A stretch of 64,000 bases of DNA from assembly GCF_964204645.1 (NCBI RefSeq), contig NC_134033.1, positions 9,804,655 through 9,868,654 of the forward strand, in the 5' to 3' direction. Under the pieces are notes generated by a model, which was given only the letters and a program-made list of their open reading frames with translations, had not been told where the DNA came from and ran no database searches. The translations under genes were made by a program, and so were the position numbers. Shown here in pieces: positions 1 to 44,199 of the stretch (position 1 is its first letter; every line of letters begins with the position of its first letter). This DNA comes from Tubulanus polymorphus. Its lineage: Eukaryota; Animalia; Nemertea.

Positions 1-391
1 GCTGGTTAGGATACTTTACGTATGTATATGTACTTACACCAGGTTTTGTGATATCTATACTAAAATGGCTGATTTACATGCGAAAAACGGATGCTACAAT
101 GAGTTTACAAAATTTATGCCCCTAGTGGTTAGAATAGGAACTAATTATGTGAGAGGTTTGTTGTATTCTATTGCTGCTTTAGTGGTCTAATTTGCTTCTG
201 ATGTTTATTTAGTTCTTCTAAATCATACAGACGTATTTCAGTTTGGTGTACTTGTTTGTTGATTGTTTCTGAATGTTGCTATATGCGTTTAGACGAGAAG
301 ATACACAATATCCGTGTATGATGATGAGGAGAGAAATCCCACAATAACAAAGCCAAAATAGAAAAAATAGAAAAAAAAATAGAGAAATCAG

Positions 392-433
392 TACGCCTGA
401 TGATGGCTAACAGTTGTTAGCCGAAACGTCGCT
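392..433 (+). ncRNA. Degenerate minimal type I hammerhead ribozyme motif (Penelope-type)
   Basis: CTGATGA-T-GGCTAAC(agtt)GTTAGCC-GAAAC-GTC: both catalytic boxes and a perfect 7-bp stem II, but stem I pairs only about 2 bp. Lies next to a motif (302-345) shared with the Penelope end at 46180-46222. Confidence 0.6.
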
Positions 434-1520
434 CCTCAAATACAATCATTCTGATATAGAATTTTCATGGGCTTGCATGCTTGCAAGCCCATATTGCTAT
501 CACACGGATTGGTAACTTGCTTGGGGAGTCGATAACTTTCGTTTGAAACTTTCTTGGGCTCTGATATTTACACAAATTTAATGCAGTAATAAAATCTAGG
601 TTCCTTTCGAATATTGGCTATATCCGTTGTCGTTTTCATTGTTTTATGATTTTGTTTGATCGTTTTTGTTATTTCAGCAGCGCATACCAACCTTGGTTGA
701 GTGTGTGTGATCAGTCTTGAAATTGGTATTCATGCGCAGCATAGTGCTGCTGACAATTCAATTCATTCTTCATTGATACAATTAAAATTTCACAATGAAA
801 CATTAACTTTCACGTTAAAAAAAAATCTTTTACTTTCATTGGGTGCTTGCGTTAGCGGCCTTTTGAAAAATCTCTGTATGAACATTTATATTTTTCAGTT
901 TAATAAAACTTTTCTGTAAAATAAATTCTGAATTGAATTGAAGACTGGTTCCCTGTCTCCAAAGAGCCAGGGGGCGGTAGTCTATGGTGGCAATAAATTT
1001 TATCGGATGATCGTTGTGGATTGTCATTTGAAGGAAATGCAACTTATTCTTGCTTAATGTCTTTAAAAAGAAAAATCGTGGCTCCTATCTTTTTTCGTGT
1101 TCGCTTCTCTTCACCTGAAGTCACTCGAGTTAGTCACGTTTTTTCTTTCAGTTGTAAATGTTTCTATGCAAAATCATTTCAACACAATCCGATAAGTAAT
1201 CTAGCAAGTATCAACATGATGATAGATTCCGTTAAGACACTACAATATTCAAATAACAACTATCCAAAAGCTTGCACTAACTTGCAGAGATGAGAATTCC
1301 CCGCGGATCCGCGGTTTCCCGCGGATTTCAGTATTGAAAAATATCAATTTTCCAAATAGTCCAAAAATGATGTAAAAGTATGGGGGGGGGGGGTGATGAT
1401 CTCACTCAATTGGTCCGGCGCGATCGGTAATCAGGTGAACCGTAAAAGCGTTCAGTGCCTGTTTTACTTATCGTCACGTAAAAGTATCGCATTTCAATGC
1501 ATATTCATTGCAACACAGTG

Positions 1521-1661
1521 ATATTTCCATCGAGTACTGTACCCTTTCCTATGGTTTTTGCCAATATTTTCTAAATTTGGATTTATCGCCAATGGTTTTT
1601 CTATACGACCCGGCCCTGCGGTATTGCATTTAGCCACCGGCGAAATCCGCCATCTTTTTTC
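1521..1661 (+). repeat. DIRS left inverted terminal repeat
   Basis: 1540-1661 is the reverse complement of 7461-7582 with one mismatch seen (gcattta vs gcactta). 1521-1561 is complementary to the ICR. Confidence 0.93.
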
Positions 1662-1864
1662 TTGGCGTTCTCGCAGTAGAACGCGTTGGATTTTTTCGCC
1701 GTAAAAATCTGGGAATTAGGATATTAGGGAGTTTTCACTCTCGTAACGGTGAGTCCGTTCGGTTTGGGGGTTATCCCTGATTTTTTTTTTTCCGTAAGAA
1801 TTTTATTTACAAATATAATTTGATTGAATTGAATTGAATTGTTTTGATTTGTAACAGGATAATT

Positions 1865-4113
1865 ATGCCACCCCCTCCTAAGGGTCAGCATCGTGGCGGG
1901 GAGGGATGCGGGCATTTGTTTGGCGCCTGGGACAACCACGATTCATGTGCGTCATGCAGGCGCAAATCCGGTCAAATATGTGCAAGGAGCAATCCTTGCA
2001 ATATTTGCGTCGTGTGGTCCGAGGACCTTTGGCTTCGGGCCGATAAGGCTCTTAAACTAAGAGATCGTCGTCGAGTTAGCAGGGATTCGTCGGTTTCGGC
2101 CGATGTGCCAACCGACGTTTCTAATCCTGTTTCTTATCGTAAAGCGGAGCGGTCGCCGGTCGTTCAGGTACGATCGGCTTCCCAACTCCGTTCACCGGGG
2201 AAGAACGCTGGTTCACCGGCACCGGTCTCCGGTCATTCACCGGTCTCTGGTCGTTCACCGGTTCGGCCGGTTCGGCCGGTTCGGCCGGTTCAGACTACAT
2301 GTTCGGAACCGAGCGCGCGCCGCGGTAGTCGCGAACGGCCCGCACCGGTTCGGTCGGTACCGGTCCGGTCCGGGTCGGGCATCGGTCCGGTTCGGCCACC
2401 GGTCCGGTCCAGACGTCGTCCGGTTCAAAACATCCGGTACGTTCATCGTCTGATTCAGATCGTCGCTCCGGGGATAGAGCTCGCTCTCCCACTAGATTTA
2501 GACGCCGGGAGCGTAATAAACGAGCAAGATCTCCTTCTCGCAGATCAAGGTTTGATCGCGAGAGGGACTACGATCGTTATTGTCGGAAGTTTCGCCGTCG
2601 GTCTTCTCATCGTTCGTCGACGTCGGTTAGCGATGAAAGCGATTCTTCTAGTAGGTCGCGATCCCGTTCGAGGGACCGTCACCGAAGTCGGCATGATCGT
2701 CGGGATACTGGAAAATACCTGACTCAGAAGGATTTCCATGTATTTGAGGAGAAAATTTTAAACTTGTTATCTTCGTCGCAACAAGTCGCTGCAACTTCTA
2801 CAACAGGTAAGCCTATTCCTGATTGTCCGGTTAGAAGTTCGCCAGCCCACTCAGTTTTTCGGAATTCTGACTCTGAATTCCTGGATGCTGCGGTAGGGTC
2901 TGATTTCAATGAGGATCCGGTCCCAGAGGCGGCAATTCCTTCTGGGGTCGTTCCTGTCGCAAGCAATTGTGGGTTGCCCCAGACGATGGGGGCTTCCCTG
3001 GCTCGCAATGTATCTCCGTCCCGTTCAGTTTCATCCGAACCAGCGGGGGACATGCCATTTAGAGCGATGATAAGTGAGTTCTTTGTCAAGCACGGGGCAA
3101 CTCGCGCTAAGCCCACAGCAGCTCCTCTGGTCGGTGAGTCAATGGAAGCTTATCGCCCTCCGGACTCCGATCTTAACGTTTTACGGGAATCGTCAGCGGT
3201 TTCAAGAGAATGGGCTCGATTGGATACGCAATTATGGGGTGAATGTCGGCCTGGAACTTTTTCATTTCCCCCTCCAGAACGGGGTATGAAATCTGGGAAA
3301 TATTTTAGTTCAACCGATCCACCTATAGGCGCATTTCGCTCGGCGTATTACGCAACTCCAGGTGCTGTGGATCACAGTCATAACTGCCTGGATGCTGATT
3401 ATACTTTGATCAGCCCGGATACAGTTACAGCACAGTCGGGTATTCGTTTGCCTAAGTCCGGTTTGGTGGCCATGACGTCAATCCTGGACAATCTTACCAG
3501 GGTTGGTTCGTTTCAAGATATGGCACTTAAGGTGTTGACGGGTGAGCTTCGCGAGACTCACGCCGCCGTTCATGCGGGCTCTGACCCAGAGTCAGTTGCC
3601 CTAAAACTGGAGGGAATGGACCGGATTATCCAATCTTTGGCTCGGTCTGTTTCGCATGTAATTCCGTTGTCGGTTCGGGGTCAGGCTAATCTGGTGTTAG
3701 CCTCCCGTCAGTCAGTGATGGACTCCAGTGCCAAAACTCGTCTACCGGATATGGTGTCCAATGCTTTGCTGAGAGCCCCATTGGGGACGTCTTCACGTCT
3801 CTTCTCCGGTTGGTGCGCTCCGGTTTCCGCAGAGCTGAGGAAGATTCGGGAGGTTCAGGCCAAGTCCAACCCCCGAACTCCGTGGAAAAAGCGTTCTGGT
3901 CCGACGCCGGCGGCGCAAGGTTCGGCACGGACGCAAACAGGACCATCTCAAACTTCAGCGCTTTCTCAAGCGGCTTCGGATGCCGGTTGGAGAACTAGCG
4001 CGCAACTTCAACAATCGTGTCAAGCCTCGTCCGGTCGTAACAGTTCCGGTTCGTATCGAGGCAAGGGGAAGGCTCCAAAAAGGGGCTCTTCCTTTCGGAA
4101 AAACTTGAAATGA
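1865..4113 (+). pseudogene. DIRS ORF1 (gag-like): N-terminal Cys/His zinc-finger-like motif and Arg/Ser-rich region, with one frameshift
   Basis: From ATG 1865: CGH...HDSCASC...C...PCNIC. The frame switches between about 2329 and 2410 into the frame open 2329-4113 (RSRSRSRDRHRSRHDRR...), which ends at TGA 4111-4113. Confidence 0.75.
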
Positions 4114-6139
4114 ATTCTTGGGACCAGTGGGAGGTTGTCTGCAGCAGGCAGCAACCCACTGGTCCGACCTCTTTGGAGACGGTTGGCCCTCCCGGGTCGT
4201 CTCTCGGGGCTACCGTCTCCGTTTCCTAAGGCGACCGCGCCTGATGAGGTCACCTCCCGACATGCGGCCAAAACCAGGTCAGGAGGCCTTAATCTCTCCG
4301 GCTCTCAAGGAACTGGCAGAGAAGGGAGCGATAGAACCAGTTTGCAACGAAACTTCTCCCGGCTGGTTTTCTCGAATATTCATGGTACCAAAGGCCACAG
4401 GGGGTCAACGGACAGTGATAGATCTGTCATCCCTCAATCGGCACCTAGACATTCCAAGGTTCCGGATGACCAAGCCCAAGGACGTGATTCAAGGGCTCCG
4501 TCCGGGTCAATGGGCGGCTTCATTGGACCTGAAAGATGCTTACTTTCAGGTTCCAATTCACCCAAAATCTCGGCGATTTCTCTGGATAAAGTGGAAAGGC
4601 CGCCAGTTCCAATTCAGGTCTCTTTTATTTGGCCTCAGTACGGCCCCGTGGGTTTTCACCAAGTTGGTCAAGTCAGTTCAGAAGGTATTTCAGTCAAGGG
4701 GTGTTCGACTGTTCGTTTACCTCGACGACTGGTTAATAGTCGCGAATTCGGCTCAGGAATGTCGGGAGGCAATGACCTCAGTCTTGGACTTAGTCCATCA
4801 GCTAGGGTTCCGCGTAAACAGGGAAAAATCTCAGTTGACGCCGGCCCAACAGTTCACTTATCTCGGCATGGACTTCGATCTCCGAATCGGCAAAGTCTTC
4901 CGTCTATGGTTCGAGTGGCCAAACTTCAAGAAGCTGTAGCGGGAGTGTCCACAACCCCGAGAACAGCTCGTTACTGGTCACGGCTTCTAGGCTCCATCAG
5001 CTCCATGGGTCTGGTGGTGCCCTTAGGCCGCCTCAGAAGCAGTCTCTTGCAACAATATTGGAAGGTCTTCTGGTCTCAGTCGAAGGCCTTGATTCCCGTA
5101 CCTCCAACCGATCTAAGTCCGGATCTTCAGTGGTGGGCGGCCACTACGAATCTTCGGCTCGGGGTGTCACTAGCCCCGTTAGAGGCTCCAGTTCGTGTAT
5201 TCACGGATGCCAGTCACCAAGGTTGGGGGGCACATCTGGAGAACCGAGTCAAAGCCGGGAAATGGTCTCGCTACGAGGCCACCAACCACATAAATTTCCT
5301 AGAAATGCTGGCCGTGTGGAAGGCCCTGAAGTTCTTTCACAGGAGAGTGGAGGGCCACCACGTTTGGTTAGCCACAGACAATTCAACAGTGAGGGGCTTA
5401 CCTTCAGAACCAAGGGGGCACTCACTCAGAAACCCTCACAGGTCTGTCGGCCAAAATTCTTCTTTGGTGCCAGACAAAGGGCGTGTCCCTGACTGTGGCA
5501 CATTTAGCAGGGAAAAGGAACGTGATGGCCGATGCTCTGTCTCGTCGAGGTCAGGCTATTGCGACAGAATGGGTTCTCCACCAAGAAGTAGCCGATCGGG
5601 TTCGGGGCATTTTTGGCAATCCGCTGCTGGATCTGTTTGCCACCCGGTTCAATCGGAGGTGTCCTCTGTTTGTGTCCCCGTTTCCAGACGCGGAAGCGTG
5701 GGGGGTCGATGCCTTCTCTCTGGACTGGTCGGGGATGCATGCGTATGCGTTCCCGCCCACACCAGTCCTGCCGCGCTTACTGGATCAAATAGAGAGATCA
5801 GTCAATTGCAACATAGTTCTGGTAGCACCATGTTGGCCGGCTCAGAAATGGTTCCTACCACTTCTCAACCTACTGTGCGACAACCCCAGGATTCTTCCGA
5901 ATTTCCCATCGCTTCTGTCTCAGGGGATCTTTCGGCATCATCCAAACAGCCAGTGGTTAAATCTGCTCGCCTGGCCATTGTCCAGCGATCCTTGTCAGCT
6001 TCAGGCTTTTCAGAACAGGCTGCCTCCTTTATCGCAGGATCTAAGCGGCCATCAACAAGTACCATTTACGATGCCAAATGGAGTCATTTTGCGGATTGGT
6101 GTGCTGCAGGGGAAATTGATCCATGCTCACCCTCTGTAG
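4109..6139 (+). pseudogene. DIRS ORF2: reverse transcriptase + RNase H + N6-adenine methyltransferase-like domain, with two compensating 1-nt indels
   Basis: RT motifs LDLKDAYFQVPI, FGLSTAP and YLDDWL. RNase H motifs FTDASHQGWG, HINFLEM, TDNSTV and NVMADALSR. MT-like motifs DLFAT and YAFPP. The frame changes at about 4900 and returns at about 5393. Confidence 0.92.
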
Positions 6140-7050
6140 CTCAATTGGCAGATTTTTTACTGCACCTATTTGTAGCAAAAGGTTTACAGGTCATAACTAT
6201 TAAAGGTTACCGCTCCGCGATTTCTCATACATTGCGTGCTTCTGGATGGCCAAATGTAGCAGGGGATCATCGGATATCCCAGCTGGTTGCTGGGTTTTCT
6301 ATTTCCCGGCCTCGGGTAACAAGGACAGTTCCACCATGGGATCTGTCTGTAATTTTGAAGAAGTTAATGGAGGCTCCATTTGAACCTCTTTCGGCAGCGT
6401 CTTTTGCAAATTTGTCAAAAAAGACTGTATTTTTGCTGTTCTTGGCTTGCTCGGCCCGTCGCTCTGAGATTCATGCGCTTTCAGTCCGACCAGGTCACAT
6501 TGTCTTTGGGCCAGCGAATGAATTTGTTTTGCTGCGGCCTGCTTTGGAATTTTTGGCAAAGAACCAACGACCAGGCTCGGTTGGGCGTCAATGGCGAATT
6601 GAAGCCCTAAAACATCGAGTGGAACCGGGCATCCCGGACAGGACTTTATGTCCTGTGCGGGCGTTGTGTTTCAATTTAGATCGCTCTGCTTCACGGAGGG
6701 GTTCACGGGAGCGGTTATTTATTCCGCTGCTGGATCACCTAAAGGGTGATATTTCGCGGGACACAGTAGCCCGATGGGTCTCTTCAATGATCAAGGACAT
6801 TTTATTGAAGGAGAATCTTTCCTCGGAGGGAGTCGTTTCTCATCAAGTGAGGTCTATGGCTACTTCCTGCGCAGCCTTTTCGGGTGCTCCGTTGGAGGAA
6901 GTCTGTCGGGCCGCCTTTTGGAATTCACCGTCGACATTCACGTCATTTTATTTATGGGATGTTTCAGGCCAGTTAGGCTCATTAGCTTCACTGGGTCCTG
7001 TTGTCATGGCTCAAGTTGTCCGTTCTTTCCGATCGGACCCTTTAGTGTAG
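4135..7050 (+). CDS. DIRS ORF3 tyrosine recombinase (catalytic/core-binding part about 5970-7050; long N-terminal extension overlaps ORF2)
   Basis: Core-binding region YDAKWSHFADWC...TIKGYRSAIS. Catalytic residues in ARRSEIHAL, LCPVRAL, HQVRSMATS and W-x-S-xx-TF-xx-FY. The supplied 971-aa ORF is chimeric: its 4900-5393 part is RNase H. Confidence 0.9.
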   Translation: MSAAGSNPLVRPLWRRLALPGRLSGLPSPFPKATAPDEVTSRHAAKTRSGGLNLSGSQGTGREGSDRTSLQRNFSRLVFSNIHGTKGHRGSTDSDRSVIPQSAPRHSKVPDDQAQGRDSRAPSGSMGGFIGPERCLLSGSNSPKISAISLDKVERPPVPIQVSFIWPQYGPVGFHQVGQVSSEGISVKGCSTVRLPRRLVNSREFGSGMSGGNDLSLGLSPSARVPRKQGKISVDAGPTVHLSRHGLRSPNRQSLPSMVRVAKLQEAVAGVSTTPRTARYWSRLLGSISSMGLVVPLGRLRSSLLQQYWKVFWSQSKALIPVPPTDLSPDLQWWAATTNLRLGVSLAPLEAPVRVFTDASHQGWGAHLENRVKAGKWSRYEATNHINFLEMLAVWKALKFFHRRVEGHHVWLATDNSTVRGLPSEPRGHSLRNPHRSVGQNSSLVPDKGRVPDCGTFSREKERDGRCSVSSRSGYCDRMGSPPRSSRSGSGHFWQSAAGSVCHPVQSEVSSVCVPVSRRGSVGGRCLLSGLVGDACVCVPAHTSPAALTGSNREISQLQHSSGSTMLAGSEMVPTTSQPTVRQPQDSSEFPIASVSGDLSASSKQPVVKSARLAIVQRSLSASGFSEQAASFIAGSKRPSTSTIYDAKWSHFADWCAAGEIDPCSPSVAQLADFLLHLFVAKGLQVITIKGYRSAISHTLRASGWPNVAGDHRISQLVAGFSISRPRVTRTVPPWDLSVILKKLMEAPFEPLSAASFANLSKKTVFLLFLACSARRSEIHALSVRPGHIVFGPANEFVLLRPALEFLAKNQRPGSVGRQWRIEALKHRVEPGIPDRTLCPVRALCFNLDRSASRRGSRERLFIPLLDHLKGDISRDTVARWVSSMIKDILLKENLSSEGVVSHQVRSMATSCAAFSGAPLEEVCRAAFWNSPSTFTSFYLWDVSGQLGSLASLGPVVMAQVVRSFRSDPLV

Positions 7051-7309
7051 AATATTTATGTAGCATTATCAGGATCACAGGGGGTGTATCCTTGTACATA
7101 GTTTGGGCTCATATCTGCAAGTATTAATTTCGCAAAATTCTGGGGGGGGCCCCTGAGCTGGACGGACTCACTGTGGCCAACCGGTCTTCCCTGTGCTACA
7201 GTGCTCCATTCCGTGCTTGGGTAAGTGCTCTCTTTTTCCCTCTTACCTTGCGTTTGAGCGGTGGTTTTTCTATCTACCTTTCCCACCATCCTTGTGCTAG
7301 GCTAGTCTA

Positions 7310-7406
7310 GCAAAAACCATAGGAAAGGGTACAGTACTCGATGGAAATATTACAATTTTTGGAACTAAAATTTGTATTTCCGAGTAGTACTTACCCTTTC
7401 CTATGG
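7310..7406 (+). repeat. DIRS internal complementary region (ICR)
   Basis: 7310-7350 is the reverse complement of the left end 1521-1561. 7351-7406 is the reverse complement of the right end 7568-7623. Confidence 0.95.
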
Positions 7407-7460
7407 TGGGAATCCCGCCCACCTGCCCCGCATAGCTGTTTTTTTTTGGTCTGCTATGAC

Positions 7461-7625
7461 GAAAAAAGATGGCGGATTTCGCCGGTGGCTAAGTGCAATA
7501 CCGCAGGGCCGGGTCGTATAGAAAAACCATTGGCGATAAATCCAAATTTAGAAAATATTGGCAAAAACCATAGGAAAGGGTAAGTACTACTCGGAAATAC
7601 AAATTTTAGTTCCAAAAATTGTAAT
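7461..7625 (-). repeat. DIRS right inverted terminal repeat with 3' extension
   Basis: Inverted copy of 1540-1661 plus an extension (7583-7625) complementary to the ICR. Confidence 0.93.
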
Positions 7626-8999
7626 TTTGTATGTACATTTGTACTACGATGAGTTTGTATGTATTTTATCGATCGGTTGCAGACACGCACGCACAGCAAC
7701 AGTAGTAACGTATATAGGTCTACTTACTGTTGCTGCGTGTGTGTGGCGAACGCTTTCGGATATTATACACTACTTGGTGATGATTTTTAGTGAGCATTCA
7801 TCGGCGCATTTTTACTGCAATAATTCAGGGCTCGACCCGTAATGCATGAGATGCTGAATGTCATCAAATGAGGATGTACCACATTGGAACTAGCCATTAC
7901 CTTCCAAATTATAATAGTCGTTCATGGGTTCGAGATCGCTCTAAGTGCTCGGAAAACGTATTTAATTTCTAAAATTTTCTTGGGGGAGGGCCCCCAAACG
8001 CCCCTGAAATAGCTTCGCGCCTTCGGCACTCGCTAGTGCTGACGGCTACGCCGTCAGCTGGTTCGCGTATGTCACTCAAGAAAAATAACCCGCCGATTTT
8101 ACAGGTCGGCGTTCTCATCCCTGAACTTGGTCCACGTCTACAATAAAACCATTCCGATTCCCAGTCCCTGTGTGTAACATTTCATGTAGTGATGTAAGAC
8201 GACACCGATCTCTTAGCTCTTTAAAAAGTAATCAGTTCAATGTTCGGTTAATTCTACTACAGAAATACAAAACCACCAAGCCAGCTTTCAGTACAACCAT
8301 GTCAGCAAGCCCATTTTTAGAATTTCTTTCTTGTTCTATTTTGGCTTTGTTATTGTGGGATTTCTCTCGTCGTGCTATTAGCGTTGATCGATAACTAGTT
8401 TTAAATCTCCCATTATCCATTTTTTGAAATCAATTAATCTATCTTTTAATTTTACTTTGGTCAACATTGTTTCTGAAAGATGACGGATCTCAGAAGTCAG
8501 ATCTGTTATGGCATCAATTGATGAAGTTCTCAAACCCCTTTTTGATTTCTTTGGATTCGGTTGAAGACAAGACTTTGGGGGTAGATCTTGTTTCAAAAAC
8601 TTCACTATCACTACGGCAAATTGCTGAACTTTCACTAACTAGATTTGCTGAATCGTCTTCATTGATTGATAATTGGTTAGGGTCTTTTCGAACCAAATCT
8701 TTATCTTCATATTAGTTTGGCTTGTCATACTGATCAATCAATGTACAGCACAAATGCCGCTTTAGAATAGTCGTAAAGTGATCGTATTTACACATTCACA
8801 GATGAGTTACTACAGATCAGATATATTCCCTAGCTGTCAGCTAACCAAACGTATACATAGTACAATGGAAAATATTCCAGATCTCCAGAAATAGCTTAAA
8901 GTCATTGGTTAGAGAAAACCATTTTTCCGATCACTGTAATTTTTTTCACAAACCGATCTCTGTTACGAAAACGTATTATGGATGATTTTCTGATCCTGT

Positions 9000-10208
9000 A
9001 TTAGCATTAGTACTTCTTGAGTCCCACATTCAATTCAATTGATCAGATAGATTTGCTTTGTAAATACCGTGCCGGGAAAAAAACATTTTCAAAAATCTTA
9101 GGATTTTTTCCATACGTTGAACACCACAACAGTGATTTAATTTACACATTGTTTGTCGTATATTGGACAATATGCAATACCTATGTGTAGTATGGTGATA
9201 GTTATTGTGATTTATGATATGCCAGCATGCTTTCTGTACGATGTTTTTATGCGTACGTTTGTTAATGATGTTGATTTTGGATTCTGAAAATTCTGTTTTT
9301 GTTTTCATTAATCAGCAATAGGGCCTATCAAGTCGATATGTCCCTTACACTAAGTACGTCATTTGTTCGAATCATGTAGGTGAAAGTGCAGAAATTGTTG
9401 TGGTTTTCATATTATCCAAATATTGATTGATATAAGTATCTTAGCTGGGACACGCTGGAAAACATTGGAATGAAAGAGTTTTGTCTTTTAAGTGAATCGC
9501 ATATGTGAGGTTTAACAATACAATAAGCGTAGGCTAAATTGTTCTTCAGAAAAATGAAAGTCATTTTTAGCATAGATGAAAATCGGACATTAAGACAATT
9601 TGAACTTAAGTCCTCCCAACCAACTTAAGTCCTCATTGAACATTTGCTAGCAGATGCAAAACATTAAACACTTAGGGAGCATCTCTAAATTTCGATAGTT
9701 ACTTCAATTAGAATAACTTGCGGAAGGAAGTGAGGGGGTTGAGGCCTCCCGCAGATTCATCCTGACTGCCGAATTATTTATTTATTCCAATGCAATAAAG
9801 ATAACATTGAATTGAATTGAATTGCAGTTTCAAATATATATATTACAAGCAGTAGATTTAACCATCTCTCTTTTAGATGCTGTTGGTATTTTAGATATAT
9901 TTTATTTTGTTTATAAAGTCTTAGAGTTTAATAGATTTTTCACTTGTAATTTGCTATTTAATTTTTCAATTAAAAGTTGTAATCAAAATAGACTCGTTAG
10001 AATGTCTCATCTTTGTCTGTGGTCTCTCATTAGAAAATCAATAGTTTCAACTTAGGTATGTGTCTTATCAAAGGGGGATAGGGGGGTTAAAACGAATAAG
10101 ACAGTTATTCTAATTGACGCAACTATTCAAATTTTGAGATGCTCCCTTAGTGCCTTACTACTATATAAGCATCGCATACCAACGCTTCAAGGCCCTTGGG
10201 CCTCATGT
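9000..10208 (+). mobile_element. Helentron/HINE-like element, family D (degenerate copy)
   Basis: 9030-9670 aligns with 22100-22830. Ends ACCAACGCT-TCAAGGCCCTTGGGCCT-CATGT, the same terminal hairpin as 22846-22877. The 5' limit is approximate. Confidence 0.6.
9675..10146. mobile_element. MITE with GG termini and TTA TSD (Harbinger- or Zator-like)
   Basis: TIR GGGAGCATCTC(T/A)AAAT at both ends, flanked by TTA on each side. Confidence 0.7.
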
Positions 10209-10539
10209 CTGTGAGATAGTTTTGTTGATTATAACAGAACTTTAGTAATGCTAACTGAATTAAGGATTTAAGTGTATTTATGTTTTCGTCACTGAAAATA
10301 AGTTTTTTCAGAAATCCAATGCTATATCAGGCCTCGAATAAGACAAAACGGCAAATACGGCAAATGCTGTTTAATGCAACCCACTGCATTTTACCAAAGA
10401 CCAATAGCATTTTAGAATATCAATTTGCCTCAGTCATTTTGAAAACCCACTGCTAAAGTTACCACACAGAGCAAATGTATAGAATCATTTATTATATCCT
10501 CTGTTACAGTGATTTGATGTTTCATAAATGTTATTTCAG

Positions 10540-44199
<33,660 letters not shown>

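Larger units (their letters stand above)
1521..7625 (+). mobile_element. Full-length DIRS1-type tyrosine recombinase retrotransposon
   Basis: Inverted terminal repeats 1540-1661 / 7461-7582, internal complementary region 7310-7406, ORFs for gag, RT/RNaseH/MT and YR, and no TSD. Confidence 0.96.
1285..8123. mobile_element. Non-autonomous hAT-like MITE (6-bp TSD) interrupted by the DIRS element
   Basis: Termini CAGAGATGAGAA...TTCTCATCCCTG. TSD aacttg at 1279-1284 and 8124-8129. Both halves align with the uninterrupted copy at 46722-47268. Confidence 0.85.

Noticed and set aside
4135-7050. 971-aa ORF as a novel RNase H-tyrosine recombinase fusion
   Set aside because: The RNase H segment is in this frame only because of two compensating 1-nt indels. 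It belongs to pol.
8232-8700. Overlapping minus-strand ORFs resembling a LINE ORF1 or coiled-coil relic
   Set aside because: Fragmented, with no diagnostic motif I can recognise.
9822-10055. Hydrophobic ORF as an ABCC TMD0 exon
   Set aside because: It lies inside a MITE, and the hydrophobicity is explained by T-richness.
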